Source of the DNA: Epiperipatus broadwayi
Taxonomy: Eukaryota > Animalia > Onychophora
Direction: 5' to 3'
Assembly (NCBI GenBank): GCA_028023455.1
Contig: JAQFVV010000003.1
Span: 7,316,001-7,380,000 of the forward strand
Length of the DNA: 64,000 bases
The notes under the pieces were generated by a model that saw only the letters and a list, made by a program, of their open reading frames with translations, was not told the origin of the DNA and did no database searches. The position numbers were made by a program, and so were the translations under genes. Within the stretch, counting starts at the first letter, position 1. Each line of letters opens with the position of its first letter. Shown here piece after piece: positions 39,209-53,497 of this stretch.

Positions 39209-39405
39209 TGTAATGGTCAGATTTATCTATCTAGCTAACATGCTGCAGAATTTAAACCCAGACACTGAACTCAACACTAGAAAGGGCTGCTTCCTGGAAA
39301 TCCTAAGTTCAAATCCAAAGTCTAAGCTCCACAGTGCCACATACATGATAATGCATCTGATAGTACTAATAACATAACCTTTTTACTGGTGCCGGTGGTC
39401 AGGGA
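39209..39405 (+). mobile_element. Short (~165 bp) LTR plus tRNA-His-like PBS
   Basis: TGTAATGG...AATAACA (39209-39374), homologous to 1-142 and preceded by ATATAT. TGGTGCCGGTGGTCAGGG at 39387 resembles the His PBS TGGTGCCGTGACCAGGA. Confidence 0.55.
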
Positions 39406-42189
39406 GAAACAAGAGACTCTATACTACAATATAAACTTAGGTTTGCTAACTAACATCTATGGATAGTGCAAAATAGATATATAAAAGTGATGTAGACCGA
39501 GATAGTGATATGGATCAAGAAAGTAAATAATTAGAATCAAAATAAATAGTAAAATTCAAAAGATTTATTGATTTAACAAATATATATGTGCACTGTCTGT
39601 GTATGTAAGACAGCATTAAATAATTAAAAATGTATGTTGAAACCAAACATCAGCCAAATTTACATAATGGCTTGTTAATTAATTCTCTATACCTCAGATT
39701 AATGCGATAACATTATAATAATGTGCATAAGTAAAATTAACAAAGAGAGTTTGCGAAGATTTGTGAGGTGCTTTGAGTAAATATAATAAATTATTGAATT
39801 AAAAGATTTGAGATAGTCAAGATTTCAATAAAACATTTATTGAATTCGAGAATAGAATGGACTAATACTTGTTAAGCTATAAGATAAGGGATGTAATTAA
39901 GACATACAAATCAATGGAAATAACTAAATTCACATTAAGAGATTGGTGGTACTAGTGAGGATTTAATGTAAAGAATGGAGGGTGTGGCATGTTGAAACCA
40001 CGGAGCTTTGCAAAATAAAATAACTAATCAATAAATAAAAAATGGTATATGGGATGGTGTCTTGCCATAAATCCATTGGAAGTTGTTTCACATGGAGGCC
40101 CAAGTCTGAACTCATCTAAGCACTTAGTTACTGCATGACAACTGTGTAGAATTCCCAGGTGTGACAATTCTAGTACACACTCTAACTGGGAACCACAGGA
40201 AAAAAAATAATGGGGAAATGATCTTAGCCATTTAAAACCCTTGAAGGAACAAAGCAGTCTCAAACATCTGCTACATCTACCAGAAACACTCGAACAAAGT
40301 GCATAAAATATTTTAAAAGGACTCATTTTAATTTAATAAGGCGCCTAATCAATTCCCAAATATTTATTTTAAGAAAGGCTGCACATTCTTGACTCAAAAT
40401 TATAAGTTTTGGAAATTAAGCAAAAGACAATAAAACATAATTAAAATGGGGAAATGCATAACTATGTGGTTTTATAAGAATTCACACATTCGTATATTAT
40501 TCACTCATTAACCTCGTACACATCCTCGCATTATGTTAAAACAAATAGGCATATGGATTCTTAAATGCAAAATTATTTAATGATTAAACGATAATAAGAT
40601 AGCTCTCAAATGAGTGATTTAAGAGATATTAAAATAGGACCAATTTATAATTAAAACGTGCTAACTGTCGGCATATTAATTTAACAAAAAGAAAATGAGT
40701 AATTCACTCAATCAATGGCTATACTGGCACACCATTATAATAAAAGAAAACAGATTAATAAATACAAAATATTAACCTAAGTATAGAGACAGACTACACT
40801 AATGAAGTTACAGAAATTTTATTTAAAAAAAACATTTTAAGATAGAAAAGAAATTAAATTAGCTATAGCTTATAAGAAGGAATATAATTTTACAAGAGCT
40901 CTTGGGTTAATTAGGTAACCTCATTGGAAGTAGGGCATTTGAATGCATTTTCATATGGAGACTTTTCTAGTTTGACAGCAGCAGCATTTACAAGAATTTG
41001 GCAGTAACTTTTGGTTCGAAGTTCACATCTTCAGCAGCGGTGGCAGTTTTCAGGGCTTCTTAAGTGAAGGCATCAGATGGCATGATGTGCAGCAGAGGGC
41101 CATTTCCGAAAAGAAAATAGTCTGACATTTTAAATCTCATTAAAGGCTGGGGTGTACAGTTCTCCGAATACACTTGGCTTTAGCTTCTTGTAGTGGAATA
41201 AATTCTTAACTCTCAGCAAATTCAACTTTTACAAAAAAGTTTTTGACCACAAATATAATTGAAAACTTTAAAATTTACGTGAAGACTAATTTCTGACTTT
41301 AATAACAAATTGCTTGAAGACTAATTGTCCACTGCTTGTTAAAATAAAACCAGCTCTACTGTCCTGCAGCATAACAAACATATCCAAAAAGAAGATCAAT
41401 GCTGTAATTAAACCTATCCAAACATCCAAAGGAATTTAATAAATGTTATAATTAATTTTACTATTGTTAATTACCTTGTAGATATTCGGATTAAAACTTT
41501 AATTTCATTTAAGAAAAACCTTCACTAATAAAAAATACCTTAAGTAGACATCTGCTGTATTTCTTGATAAGCCACTAGAATATATTAATTAAAACTATTG
41601 TTTTCTTACCAACTCTCATTTACTTTTTGCATAAAATTGATGGCATGATTTTAAAATCTAAAATAACAACTTATTTACTTCTTTTAATTTTCAATGTTTA
41701 AATCTACTTATGAGATGAATATAATTTTATTTTAAACTAAAACAAATATTACGAATGTAATATCTTTTTTTTATGAATAGATTTAAACAGAAATAATTTT
41801 AAATAACAACATATTATTTTAACTTAAGTTTTTAAAATGAATATATCGCTGTATGTGCGTAAATACGACCTATATAACATACTTTTTAAACAAATAGTTT
41901 TACGTGTACATACACATAATTTATATTAGTTATTTATGCTGGGAATTAGAACTATATATATATAACACGAGCGTTTTACTCGTGGTTTAAAATTAGGTGG
42001 GATTTTCGGCATATAAGCATATTTCAGACACACTTCGATACATTGGGGTTTAAACTAAGGTATGAGAGCAGGAAAGATGTGAGAAAAAGTGAAAGAAGAT
42101 CTGCAAAGCAAATCTTACTGTTTCAATATACATATATGAATTCACAGCATTATTTCCAGAAGCTTCCATGTAATAAAAATATAATTGCT

Positions 42190-42545
42190 AAATAGCTGAT
42201 GTTTTAGTACAATAACAAGTACTTTTCTCAGAGCTTCTTCTTTCTAAAATCATAAAAATGTATAACAAGTGTGAATTAAAGAAATTTAACAATATTTAGA
42301 AAAAGCTATTAGAGGATAAAATATTTTTTTCAAACTTCTTAAGCAATAGAATTTGAAAATGAGAAGAAAATAATAAAGGAAAAAAAATAATGATGAGAAA
42401 AAAGAAGGTTTGAGGAAATTGCTTGTTATTGTACTGAAATGTCAGCTATTTAGTTATATTTTTATTACGTGGAAGCTCCCAGAAATAATACTATGAATTC
42501 ATCATTTATCCATGAGGAGAATATTAGAATTAATATATATATAAC
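42190..42545. repeat. Duplicated block C (second copy 55641-56003)
   Basis: About 350 bp of similar sequence, same orientation. Confidence 0.85.
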
Positions 42546-42979
42546 CTTTGTTATATGAATATTTATATATTTGCAATAGAATAAATTATAGGTAAAAATT
42601 TGATGAAGTAATAACTATAGTGGTACGATAAATTGTTTTAACTTCAATGACACATAATCCAAATTTGAAGAGTGTTATATTCTATTATAATCATGATGAT
42701 TAAACTGAAGAAAAATTCAGACATTTATTTTCAAGAGTGAAATCTAATGTAGAGTGTTAATGAAAATAAAGATTTAAGCTATGAAAGAGCACAATTGAGG
42801 CAGATTGTTAATTGCCAAATTTTGGTCAAGATGTTCCTAAGTAAAAATTTGAGAGAATATAGATATGAGTTGAACCATTTCTTGTTATTTCTTCTGAGTA
42901 TATTGTATTTTTTATTGTCAAATATTATGGAATAGAAGCCAAACCTTGTGGTTCTTAATGTGTGAATAATTTTGGATGC

Positions 42980-44560
42980 ATTATAGTGTTAAATGTATTT
43001 TATATATATTTTTAAGTAATTGCTTGAGATTGATTGAATGCTTATGAATCATGAATAGGCATAAAGATGAGATATAGGGGCAGGTTTGAAAAAAGGAGCA
43101 TTTCTTCTGGATAATTATTGCACAAAACACATGTGGGTTCAAGATTGATCTAGAATTGGTCATTAAGAAACATTTTAGTTGAAACCTGTACTCTTTAATA
43201 AATTTTAAAAAAAGTTCAATTATGGTTGAGGAACACCAAAGATCCTGCAACTTAGTTAAAGTCTTAGCAACTGGGAAAGTTGCCCATAGATGTCTGGAAG
43301 GATAGGTTAACTCATTTAAATGTTTAAATACTATACTGATCTAGTATATCAGCATTCACAATAGCATAATCTGTAAAAAAAAAAAAAAAAAAAAGGAGTG
43401 TTGGCATATCAAATTGAAATAGGCAATGGTATTGGAGGGGGGGGGTGACACTAAGTATTAGATTAGTAAATGCCACAATATACATTTTGGTTTTAATATT
43501 GGTTACAAAAGATTTGTGAGATATCAAATTGAGCCCTCCTTGGCATATAGGAAAACATGCTATTCTGCTAAATAGAAGATGTGAAGAAGAGTCCCAGATG
43601 CATGATTTTATTACAGATAGAAGTTTATAATAGGTCTTGTTAAAAACCTGCATCCATGGATTATAGTAGGCAATTATGCCATTATAATAGCATTCACTAT
43701 TTGAACTTTCACAGTGACAGCGTTTTGGAGCAAAATGCATTTATTTTCATACTGAATGTGTTCATAATGAAACCATTTAAATGGTGGCTCAATTGCATTT
43801 AGACAGATTAATTGGATTGCCAAGAAAGAATGAGGGGTTAGCCATGAATAAAAATGGTAATTTATGACCTGTAGACAATTGCTACAAATATGACTTGCAA
43901 ACTTGTATTGGAATTTATTTAAAATATTGAAAATGACAGGAATATTTTGGAGACCTCTGAAGATTATCAGGATATTATTAATGAAGGATACAACTTAGAT
44001 GATAGTTCCAAGATGAGGAAAGAACAAATCTTCAGTGCATTTTTCAATCTCTTTAATCAGGGGATCTATATAAATAGCAAACAGAAATGATGCAAGTATT
44101 GAGCTCTGTGGAATGCCATGACTGGGTTTGAAAGATGTAGTCACATATATTTCTTCAGTTTACTATTAGTAAGGTAATTCTGTATGGTAACTATCAGGTT
44201 ATTGTCATCAGACAGATGTTTGTATAGAGCAGTAAAAATATATTCCCAATTCACACGATCAAAAGCTGTCTTAAAGATAATTTGGTGTGCAATAATCTAT
44301 AAATTTTGTTTTCTTTCACAAATAAGAATGATTCTTGTATCAAAAGAATAGCTTGAAAGTGAGCTTTTATTGCAAAATGCAAAGTTGATGGTTTTGGCAG
44401 AATAATTTCATTCAGTTTTTTAAAATTATTTTTGAAAAAGATTTTTTATCAATATCCTCAATAATAATGAGACACATATTATTTACAGAGAGGTATACTG
44501 TATTTGGTTTTTTTTCTGAGACAAAAATATTATGTTGGTAGAAAGGATAGGGATGCTAAA
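42980..44560 (-). mobile_element. Decayed L1/Tx1-like LINE ORF2
   Basis: TAFDRVNWEYIFTAL (RT), IKSCIWD...FPICQGGLNL, and a C-terminal TCVLCNNYPEE...C knuckle remnant. Confidence 0.6.
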
Positions 44561-47479
44561 ATTTGTCAGGTAGAGTTGATTGTAGCATGTAAAATAAGAA
44601 TTATGATATAATCAAGCTGCTTGTAGACACTAGCTGGGATAAAATTTATAGCTAGATTTCAAAGTGTATGAGTTTTTGATACATTTGTTGCTTTGTAATA
44701 AAATTTTCTTAAGAAAATTATGTAGTAATGGATATTGGATAGATATTGATTGATCAGCTGCTTTTAGACTAGATTTTAAGTGCTCAAGAATTTCCATATC
44801 AGCATGCCAGAAAGGAGAGTATTATCTTTTGATAAAATAAGAATGCTGAAAGTTTGATATGGAGGTCATCTATAATTTACAATGGTTCTTACAAGCTTTA
44901 AAAGATTGGGTATTATTATTTTTTTAATTTATGTGTTATTGTATTCTATAAAGTCTGATCAATTGGTTTGCTTCATTTTGTAGTTTGTATTGGCATCATT
45001 CATTGGCAAGATGGTTTTTAGAGTTGTATCATGTCATCAATACACTGTTTTATAAGGTTATTTGACTGATAATTTGATAATTGGTCAGAACAGCAATTGT
45101 TTAAAAAAAAAAATTGAAGACAATTTATTCTGAATTTACAATAATTGGCTCTGGAATAAATAAAGTGAATCATTGCTCTTAAAAACATCATGCTTACTGA
45201 CGAATCCTATCATATGACTAGATATTTAATTAACTAATTCTACATGGTCCAGATCAGTTATGTACTACATATGCACCTACATCATTAGGTTAATTGGGCA
45301 ATAATGTAAACTAGCCTAAAAAAGTTTAATTCTACATGTTTATTAATTAAAAGTCACACTTGATTGACAATTATTATTAACTGAATATATATGTACTTTA
45401 ATGATAAGTTGAAACTTTGCTAGTTATTTTTAATTGTTGGATAACTAGAATCTTAGCAAGTAACATTGATTATTTAAAAATAAACAAGATTATAATATGT
45501 TACAATATTCACTAGTTATAAAATTATATCGTACACATATATGCATTAAATCCTTTATCTTTTATCTAGAGCTACAAAATTAATAAGTAAGATATTAATA
45601 GGTCCATTACTATTTTTTATTTATGAATATTACTTCTAAAATAACAAATCATTACATTTTTTAGTTTACATATACTCGTTTTCAATTTATAGTGAGCTCA
45701 AGTATGCAGAGAATCATTAATTACTCAAGATTTCTATAAATAAAAAAAAGAGAAAGAGAGCTGTTCTTGGAATTTTACTTCTATGGAAAACTTCTTTTGA
45801 ACTCTAATATTTGGCAATCTAAAAAACTCTGTATGCCATTCGTTAAGCATTAAGCTAAATAAAATAAAAAAAGTGAATGTAAAATAGCAATTCCATTTTT
45901 TTGTTTCGTGCTTCTTCTTTGACTGAAGTTTGGCAATCAATAAATTTATTTTGTGTGTGATTTATAGTAGAAGTGGTAGCATGTCAGTAGTGAGAACAAA
46001 AAATTCCTATTTATAAGCTCAAACAAGATTACTTGGTACTCATATATTCTCTCCCGTTTGATTTCCTAAGTAATAAGCATTCAAAAATTTATTTTACTCA
46101 CTGTAGTTTATTTCATAGCTACTACTCTAAGCTTGATTAATTAATAGACACTAGATGACAGCACAACAAACATATTTCATAAGACTATTAGTCTTTCACT
46201 ATAAAGATCATGAAATCAGCATCCACCTTTAACTTTTTTATATTATCCCAGATAATAAGCTACAATTCAAAAATATCCTAATATTTTGAACCTAAACAAT
46301 CTTGCTTGTATATTGTAATTTGTTTGTATAGGTTAGTATAAAAAATTAATGGTGGCAGCTGGATATGTGGTTGCAAATAGATCCCATTGAAAAAACCTAT
46401 AGATAGATACTACTCTGGTGATATAGCAATAGCATTAGCATCTAGAGTCCATTCAAACTTGGATAATATAAGTATTGAATGTAGGCAAAAGGAATTTGTG
46501 TGGTTTTTCATAAACTTACAAATAATAACCTCAAAACCAATAAGTAGCCTTTTCATAATATTACCTGTGTGATACTGTATTTATAGTCTCTATGTATTCT
46601 TGCACAATGAAAAAATTAATGTTAACATTTTTAATATTTGAAACATATTTTGTGATCAATTAAATTTTTAATCTTCAGCAGAATTATATCTCAAAGACTT
46701 CTCATTTTCTACATGGACTTTCTTAATTATATAGGCTCTATAACCATATAATGAAATGGGCTAAATATAATATTTCATCATTCTATTTTTTAACTGCAGG
46801 TATCCTATGTGGTTTAGTGTAGTGGTAAATTGTCAGACTCTGGAAGGTAAGTTCACCCAGATCACTTCTATATCTGGCATTTCCAGTACTCAAGACCAAA
46901 TTTACTTCCAACTAATAAAAATGTCATTTGACAAAAATTCGATTTTAGTTGTGCAATATGCCTTTAAGTGATGTATCTCCAAATTTGAAAAGTATATATA
47001 AAATAAAATATTTTTAAATTTCATCATTTTATCTCTAGGTGTTAATAAATAATTATTATCAAAGCAAAAGGGGAGCCCTAAATTCAATAAATTCATTTGA
47101 CTGAGATTTTTTTTTAAATTTGCTTTCTTATACTGATAATCAACCCATGGACTAATACCTTTAACATCCACTATTATACTATTTTTCTATGCTATATAGG
47201 ACTATTAGATGATCACAATATCTATTTATCTACTGTTGCAGCCAGTATTTATGCACAGGTATTTATCTGCTTATGTGAGAGTGACCATGAGTGCACTATA
47301 GCAAGACACACAACAATAATTACTTAATTAATCAATCCCACAAATAATGATAATGACATTTAGTTGTTTATTTTCTGAATTAAATTGTTAGTATTATATA
47401 CAATAATAACTCTGGTTAATAATAAACCAAAAATATGCTATTACATCTTAAAATTAAGCATAAATATACAAATCACTAT

Positions 47480-48474
47480 AAATATTTGAAAACCAGGCAC
47501 TCTGCACAAACCTGGAGCTTAATTGTAAGTATAGGGGTTTTGAACTCAGATTATCAAACACCCTCCATCTATCCACACTATTTCATACAACTGATACACA
47601 TGACCACACACATGTAGAAAAGATAAATAATTACCAATATGTGTATTTTGTGCTAAACCAGCACTCATTAGTTGGTCCAATTATCATCTCTCACACACAT
47701 ATATATAATCAGTGCTCAGTTTATATTAAGATAGCAAATCTTCATATTTTAATGGACAGGCTTCAATCTATTCCAACCTCCAACTTTTCAGGCATCCATA
47801 TCATTGAAAATCTGATGATGAAAACCCAAATCCCATGCTAATGACAATATTATTGCCATGCCCATGTTAACCTCAAATCACTCTGACCTCTCATGTATAG
47901 GACCTTATCCATTAAATACATAGAAGAGGGATGAGTAGGATACAAGCTTGATGTGTAAATATTTGAAAACCAGGCACTCTGCACAAACCTGGAGCTTAAT
48001 TGTAAATATAGGGGATTTGAACTCAGATTATCAAGCACCCTCCATCTATTCACACTATCTCATACAACTGATAAACATGACCACATGCATGTAGAAAAGA
48101 TAAATAATCACCAATATATGTATTTCGTTGCTAAATCAGCACTCATCAGTTGGTCCAGATTATCATCTCCCACACATATATATAATCAAATCCCATGCTG
48201 ATGCCAATATTATTTCCATGCCCATGTTAACCTCAAGTATGAAGATTTGATATCTTAATATAAACTGAGCACTGATTATATATATGTGTGTGTGTGTGTG
48301 TGTGTTGGAGAGGATTATCTGGACCAACTGATGTGTACTAGTTTAGCAGAAAATATGTATATTGGTGATGATTTATCTTTTCTATATGTGTGTGGTCATG
48401 TGTATCAGTTGTATGAGATAGTGTGGATAGATGAAAGGTGTTTGATAATCTGAGTTAAAATCCCTTATACTTAT
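47480..48474 (-). mobile_element. Hammerhead repeat: 478-bp tandem unit (1.6 copies) plus inverted partial copy
   Basis: Units start at ~47480 and ~47958, and 48241-48480 is inverted. Imperfect TSD AAAT(C/T)ACTAT at 47470-47479 and 48475-48484. An empty site is present at ~53165. Confidence 0.85.
48107..48160 (-). ncRNA. Type I hammerhead ribozyme (best of three copies)
   Basis: ACCAA-CUGAUGA-GUGCUG/AUU/UAGCA(A)C-GAAAUACAUAUA^UUGGU. Decayed copies lie at 47631-47680 (-) and 48317-48369 (+). Confidence 0.7.
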
Positions 48475-49340
48475 AAATTACTATCTATGTGATTAATCAT
48501 AATTTCTGAGCTTACGGCTGGATCAAAAAATAAAAAGGTTGGTACAACCCTGTATGACCCCTATGCTCCCTTAGCCACTTGTGATGAAGTCTTCCATCGT
48601 CTTCTGTCTTTGCTCTTCAATCTTTTATTCAACCACATCAGGTATTGAATTTCAAGCCAGGCTGTTGCTTTAGATTTTCAGGAGAATTTATATTATCTGC
48701 TGCTATTATTCTCTGAAGTCACTACTTTAATTTTAATTAATTTTGATTTTGTTCTGTACACCATAGACTTTGATTTTAATCTTGTCTGTAATTAGCAATT
48801 GTCTAATTACTGATGTAATTAGTTTTTTCTATATTTGTCAACATTTTTTTTATTTTAATTCTCTAAGGAATTTTTTACTCTAAATGTTTTTAATTTACAT
48901 TTTTTATATAAATGTATGTGCATGTCACTCTCCCTTTACTTTAGAGAACTTTGTTTTTTACTTCAAATAATATAATTTCAAGATACCTTGGTGGCTTCCA
49001 CAATCTTTGAAATTTATGCTTTTCTGTTTTAAAGTTATCTTCCTCATGAATGATTTCTTCTATTTTATTTCCAATATCTGTGCTTCCTATGTTTAATTCT
49101 TCCCTTTCTACTTCAGTTTTTTTGGTCAGTATTCTTTTCTTCATTAAACTCCTGATTTGATCATACATAGGCCAGTAAATTGTTATTTATTATTCACTGT
49201 CTGATGTGATTAATTGTGTTCATGTTTTGGACTCTATCAGCACAATTTTACATGATAACAATTTAATTATCATACTTGTTAACCACTTTTTGTTTAAGAA
49301 GTCTCTGACCAAACATTTTGATCCATTATAATTTTTCTGC

Positions 49341-49642
49341 AAGAAGTATAATAACTAATCTTTCTTATTGCATTGCCAAATGTAAATCATCCATGCAATT
49401 TACTACTGTTACTCAATGCTTTATTTATCATCTTCTTTTACAGTTTCAATTGCCCTAGCAATATTCTTCAGAACTTTTATTTATATCTTATAACTTCAAC
49501 TGCCTAATTGTTGAAGTTAGAAGATATAAATAAAAGTTCTGAGGAAGATTTCTGGGGCAATCAAAACTGTAAAAGAGGGTGGTAAATAATGCATGGTGTA
49601 ACAGTAGTAAAGTGCATGGATTATTTAGTATTATATGATATG
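49341..49642 (-). mobile_element. Fold-back element with hammerhead-like cores in both arms
   Basis: Arms 49381-49500 / 49510-49630. Cores at 49439-49471 (-) and 49539-49571 (+), consensus CUGARGA-A-GAUUGC/UAGG/GCAAUC-GAAACUGUA. 12-bp TSD TAATTTTTCTGC at 49329-49340 and 49643-49654. Confidence 0.75.
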
Positions 49643-49659
49643 TAATTTTTCTGCTGGCA

Positions 49660-52600
49660 AAATTCTTGTTGTTACTATGGGGGTAGAATGCTGGTATGGC
49701 ATCACTGCATAAAGAACTTCATGGACTTGCAGAGACTATAATTATTAAAGGATTGCTTTAGTTAATGTACTATCTTTTCAGATGGTCCATTTGACTCTGG
49801 GTGATATGACAGAGTACAAATGTGTTTGATAACCTACTCATTCATAAAGTTTTTAAACTGTTCTGCAGTAAAGCCAGAGCCATTATCAATTACCAGACTT
49901 TCTAGGGTTTCATGGAAAGCAAAAATCTTTTTAAAAGTTAACATTGTTTTGATGGATCCTTATTGTTAACCAGCTTATATTCTACCCAGTTAGAATATAA
50001 GTCAATTATAATCAGAAATAAGTACTCTTTGAAAAGCTCTGCATGATCCTTGTTGACTTATTATCATCATATAGTTGAGATTGACCATGAAATATATGTT
50101 TACAGTTTCTGTTCTGCATTTGATTGGTATTTTCATATACTTTAACTGTGTTTTCAATATCTTTATCTATTGCAGGCCACCATATGTAGGAGCAGCTAAA
50201 ATCTTGGCTTGTACAATTTCTGTGTGTCCATCATGAATCATTTTAATGCTTCTGAATGATATCTTAAAATGGTATGAGCACTAAGTCACATACCATTATA
50301 TATCTTTTATTTAGAAACATTTGGTTTTATATGTTCCAAAATGTCACTGGAAGATTGTTGGGTTATTTATATGGTCATCAATTACATTATCTCTTACATA
50401 ATAATTTATATCCATCATCTGCTTTAGTCCATTTTGCTGCTACCATATTATTCAGAACCTTTGATTCCCATGTATCTATATAATTTTTAGAAACCTGTAC
50501 TATTATATTTTCCTTATCATCTTGTATTCAAGGCAGTGCCTCAGCATGCGTTATAAAACTTCCCTACCTATATTCAAGTATATAACCATAATATGTTAAT
50601 ATTGCAATCCAACATAGCATATGTAGGTTCAGATAATCAGATAATTGTTTTGATTTTGAAAAAAATTCCAAAGTAACAGTTTATGGTCAGTTATAACTGA
50701 AAAATACTGGTGAAATCTCATAATCTCAAAGATGATTACTAAAGCTTCTTTATCTAGTTGGCTGTAGTTTCATTCAATGCAAAGTTCTTGATGCATAAGC
50801 TATAGGTCAGTCACTTTCAATCATGGAATGATCCATTACTGCTTCAACTCTATACTCAGAAAATCAATGGTTAATATTATCTGTGCATTTTTATTATAAT
50901 TTATTAGAAGGTTGTACAAAATCAGCAAACTTTTTATCTTGATGAATGCATCTTTATGAATTTGGTTCCAGCTCCATTCCCAATTTTTCTCTAGGAATTC
51001 ATGTAGATTTTTGCTAGATGAGCTTTTCCTTTAAAGAAACATTCAAAATATCCAATAATGTCAAGGAAAAATTTCAATTCTTTGACATTCTGAGGTATCA
51101 TTGCATTTTTTATCATTTGTATCTTTTTAGGCATTTGTTTCTTGCCAGAACTGGATATTATGTATCGTAGAAATTTAATTTCTATAGTATTTCGGATATT
51201 TTTTCATGTTATCTGGCTTCTTTACTCTTTAGATCTCTTTTTTTGAGTTGGCCATAATCAAAATATCATCAAAGTAGGGCATCATACTATCAATCCCTCA
51301 GAATAGTTGGTCTACATTTGCTTCGAAGTATTTGGCCAGAGTTAAAATCTCTGCTGACTTTTCTGTTACAATTATTGGTGAAAAGCATTATTATGATCTA
51401 ATTTTTCATAATGAGTAGCCCCTTCAAGGATAGCAAAAATTTCACATACCCTTGGTACTAAATAATTACTTTTAGTTAGAACTGCATTGACTGTTATACA
51501 ATAATCACCACAGATGCACATAGTCCCATACTGTTTAGTAATGACTACTATGGGTGAACCCATTCTGAATTTTCCATGATTGTTAGTACTTTTTAATTTG
51601 ACAATTGTTCCAGTGTGCAGATACTAGTTTTCCTCACTCATATACAGTAGTTTTTGTTGTTTACACAGCACAGATTTTGTATTTTCTTTCAGTTGTATTT
51701 CAACTAGTTTTGTTGTGGTTTCCCCTAGTTCTTTTTTTAAAACAATGACAAGAATGTATTACATAACTTTTTTTTTTGATCATGATTTTTTTTTTTACAA
51801 TCATCATTTTAATGCCCATAGACTTAAACCAGTCCCTTCCAATTATAAAATGTGTTTTACTTTGAATAAGATATAATGGCAGTTAATTTTATTATTTGTC
51901 TGTACTGGTACAATAACTTTTCTAGCTATTTCAATCACCTTTCCATTTATGGATTTTGCTATAAGTTTGTGTTTTCTGGTTTAATAATTTTATTTTGAGA
52001 CTGTAATATTACTTCCAATCTTTAAATGCTATTGAAGATATTCTTGAACCACTGTCAATTTCCATAATCATTATTTATGGTTTTCACATTGTGATTCTCT
52101 ACTTGTCAGTTATTTCTGGTAACTGGTTTATTGAATTAAAAACTTTTCTCTCTCCTTTCAGTTATTTTTGCAAGTTTTGCCAAGTGACCTATTTCCCCAC
52201 AATTTTGAATTTATTTGTCTTTCTATTTACAGATTCTAGCTTAATGTCCTGACTTTCCATAACATTGGATTTCTTCATTCATCTATTTCACTTGTTTTGG
52301 CAACATTTATCTGATGCAATTTAATTATTGTGCCAATCTGAAAGTGTTTTGATTACTCTAGTACTGTTTTATGAGTGAGATCCATTTTGATTGCTATTTT
52401 GTATGAAACATTGGTGAATGTCCATAGCTGTTCTCAGAGCCATCAAACATGTCTCCACAAAAATTGTTTGTGGCAACAAATTACCAAAAATACCATCTTT
52501 TACTAATTCTTGTAATGCTAAATCAAATTCACAGGTTCAGCAGTTCTGACAATAATTAGGTGTGTTACACATTTAGCAGGTTTAGGTTCAAATTAATTAA

Positions 52601-52750
52601 GCAATATATCATTTAATTAGGAATATTTTAATTTTTCAGGTTTTTTAGGTTTACATAGACAATTTGTTGTTTATATAAAGTCCTGGCCTGCAAAAAACAA
52701 TAGAATGGCAATTTTTATTTCATCTTATTGAATTTTGTTAATTAAAAAAT
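49660..52750 (-). mobile_element. Heavily decayed Mag-like Ty3/Gypsy internal region
   Basis: Two CCHC knuckle remnants near 52200, MEIDSGS (52048-52056), GSPIVVITK...ICGDY, YFDD (51265-51276), ITDHK, WWPAIDKDIE, and DNGSGF...YHPESNG. A paralogous protease fragment lies at 54150-54300. Confidence 0.85.
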
Positions 52751-53497
52751 ATTTTTCTATACGGCTTGTTTATAGAGGCCATTTTCTAATATTAACTTGT
52801 AACATTATTTTTATTTATTCAATTCAAATTCATAATGATATCACTTAAAAAAATTTTAATTTATCAATCGTTTTAAAAATTTCCGATTACTATTTTTGAC
52901 ATGTTTTAATTATTTTGGATATCTTAATGACTTCTCAAACTATATCAATTGATATATATTAATTTGTTGTGTGGGAGTGGCCATGAGCGCACTACAGCAA
53001 GACATACAACAATAAATAATTAATTAACTAATCAATCCTGAAATAATGACTTTTACCATTTATTTTCTGAATTAAACTGTTAGCACTATTTACAATAAAA
53101 ATTTTGGTTAGTAATAATCAATAATATGCAATTATATTTTAAAATTAAGCATAAATATACAAATGACTATCTTGAATTAATCATAAATTCTGAGCCCTAA
53201 GATTACCAAAAAATAATAAGGTTGGTACCACCTTACAATCCCTAAGCTGCCTTTGGACCTACAGTGGTGAGCTGCACTGAAACATTAGCCACTTCTACTG
53301 AAGGTCTTTCATCACCTTTTTTCACTCTTTGATTTCCATCCACTTCAACTATTAAAATTTCCAGACAAACTGCTGCTTTAGATGCTTAGGGAAATTTATA
53401 TTATCTGCTGCTAACGTTCTCTGAAGTCACTACTTTAATTTTAATTAATTTTGACTTGGATTTTGATTTTAATCTTATCTATAATTAGCAATTGTCT

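Larger units (their letters stand above)
47270..48910. repeat. Duplicated segment (second copy 52965-53890) including an RTE-like 3' end
   Basis: 47270-47479 and 48485-48910 align with 52965-53497 and 53788-53890. Each copy has a different hammerhead insertion. KDRRRWK appears on - near 48600. Confidence 0.75.

Noticed and set aside
40060-40320. CRIPRCD peptide reminiscent of SLC22 transporters
   Set aside because: It has in-frame stops, no splice signals and too short a match.
41965-41985. CACGAG/CTCGTG hairpin as a Helitron 3' end
   Set aside because: No CTRR terminus at the expected distance on either strand.
47480-48480. tRNA-derived SINE (GAGTTCAAATCC resembles box B)
   Set aside because: There is no box A or cloverleaf. 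The hammerhead, tandem and inverted layout explain the repeat better.
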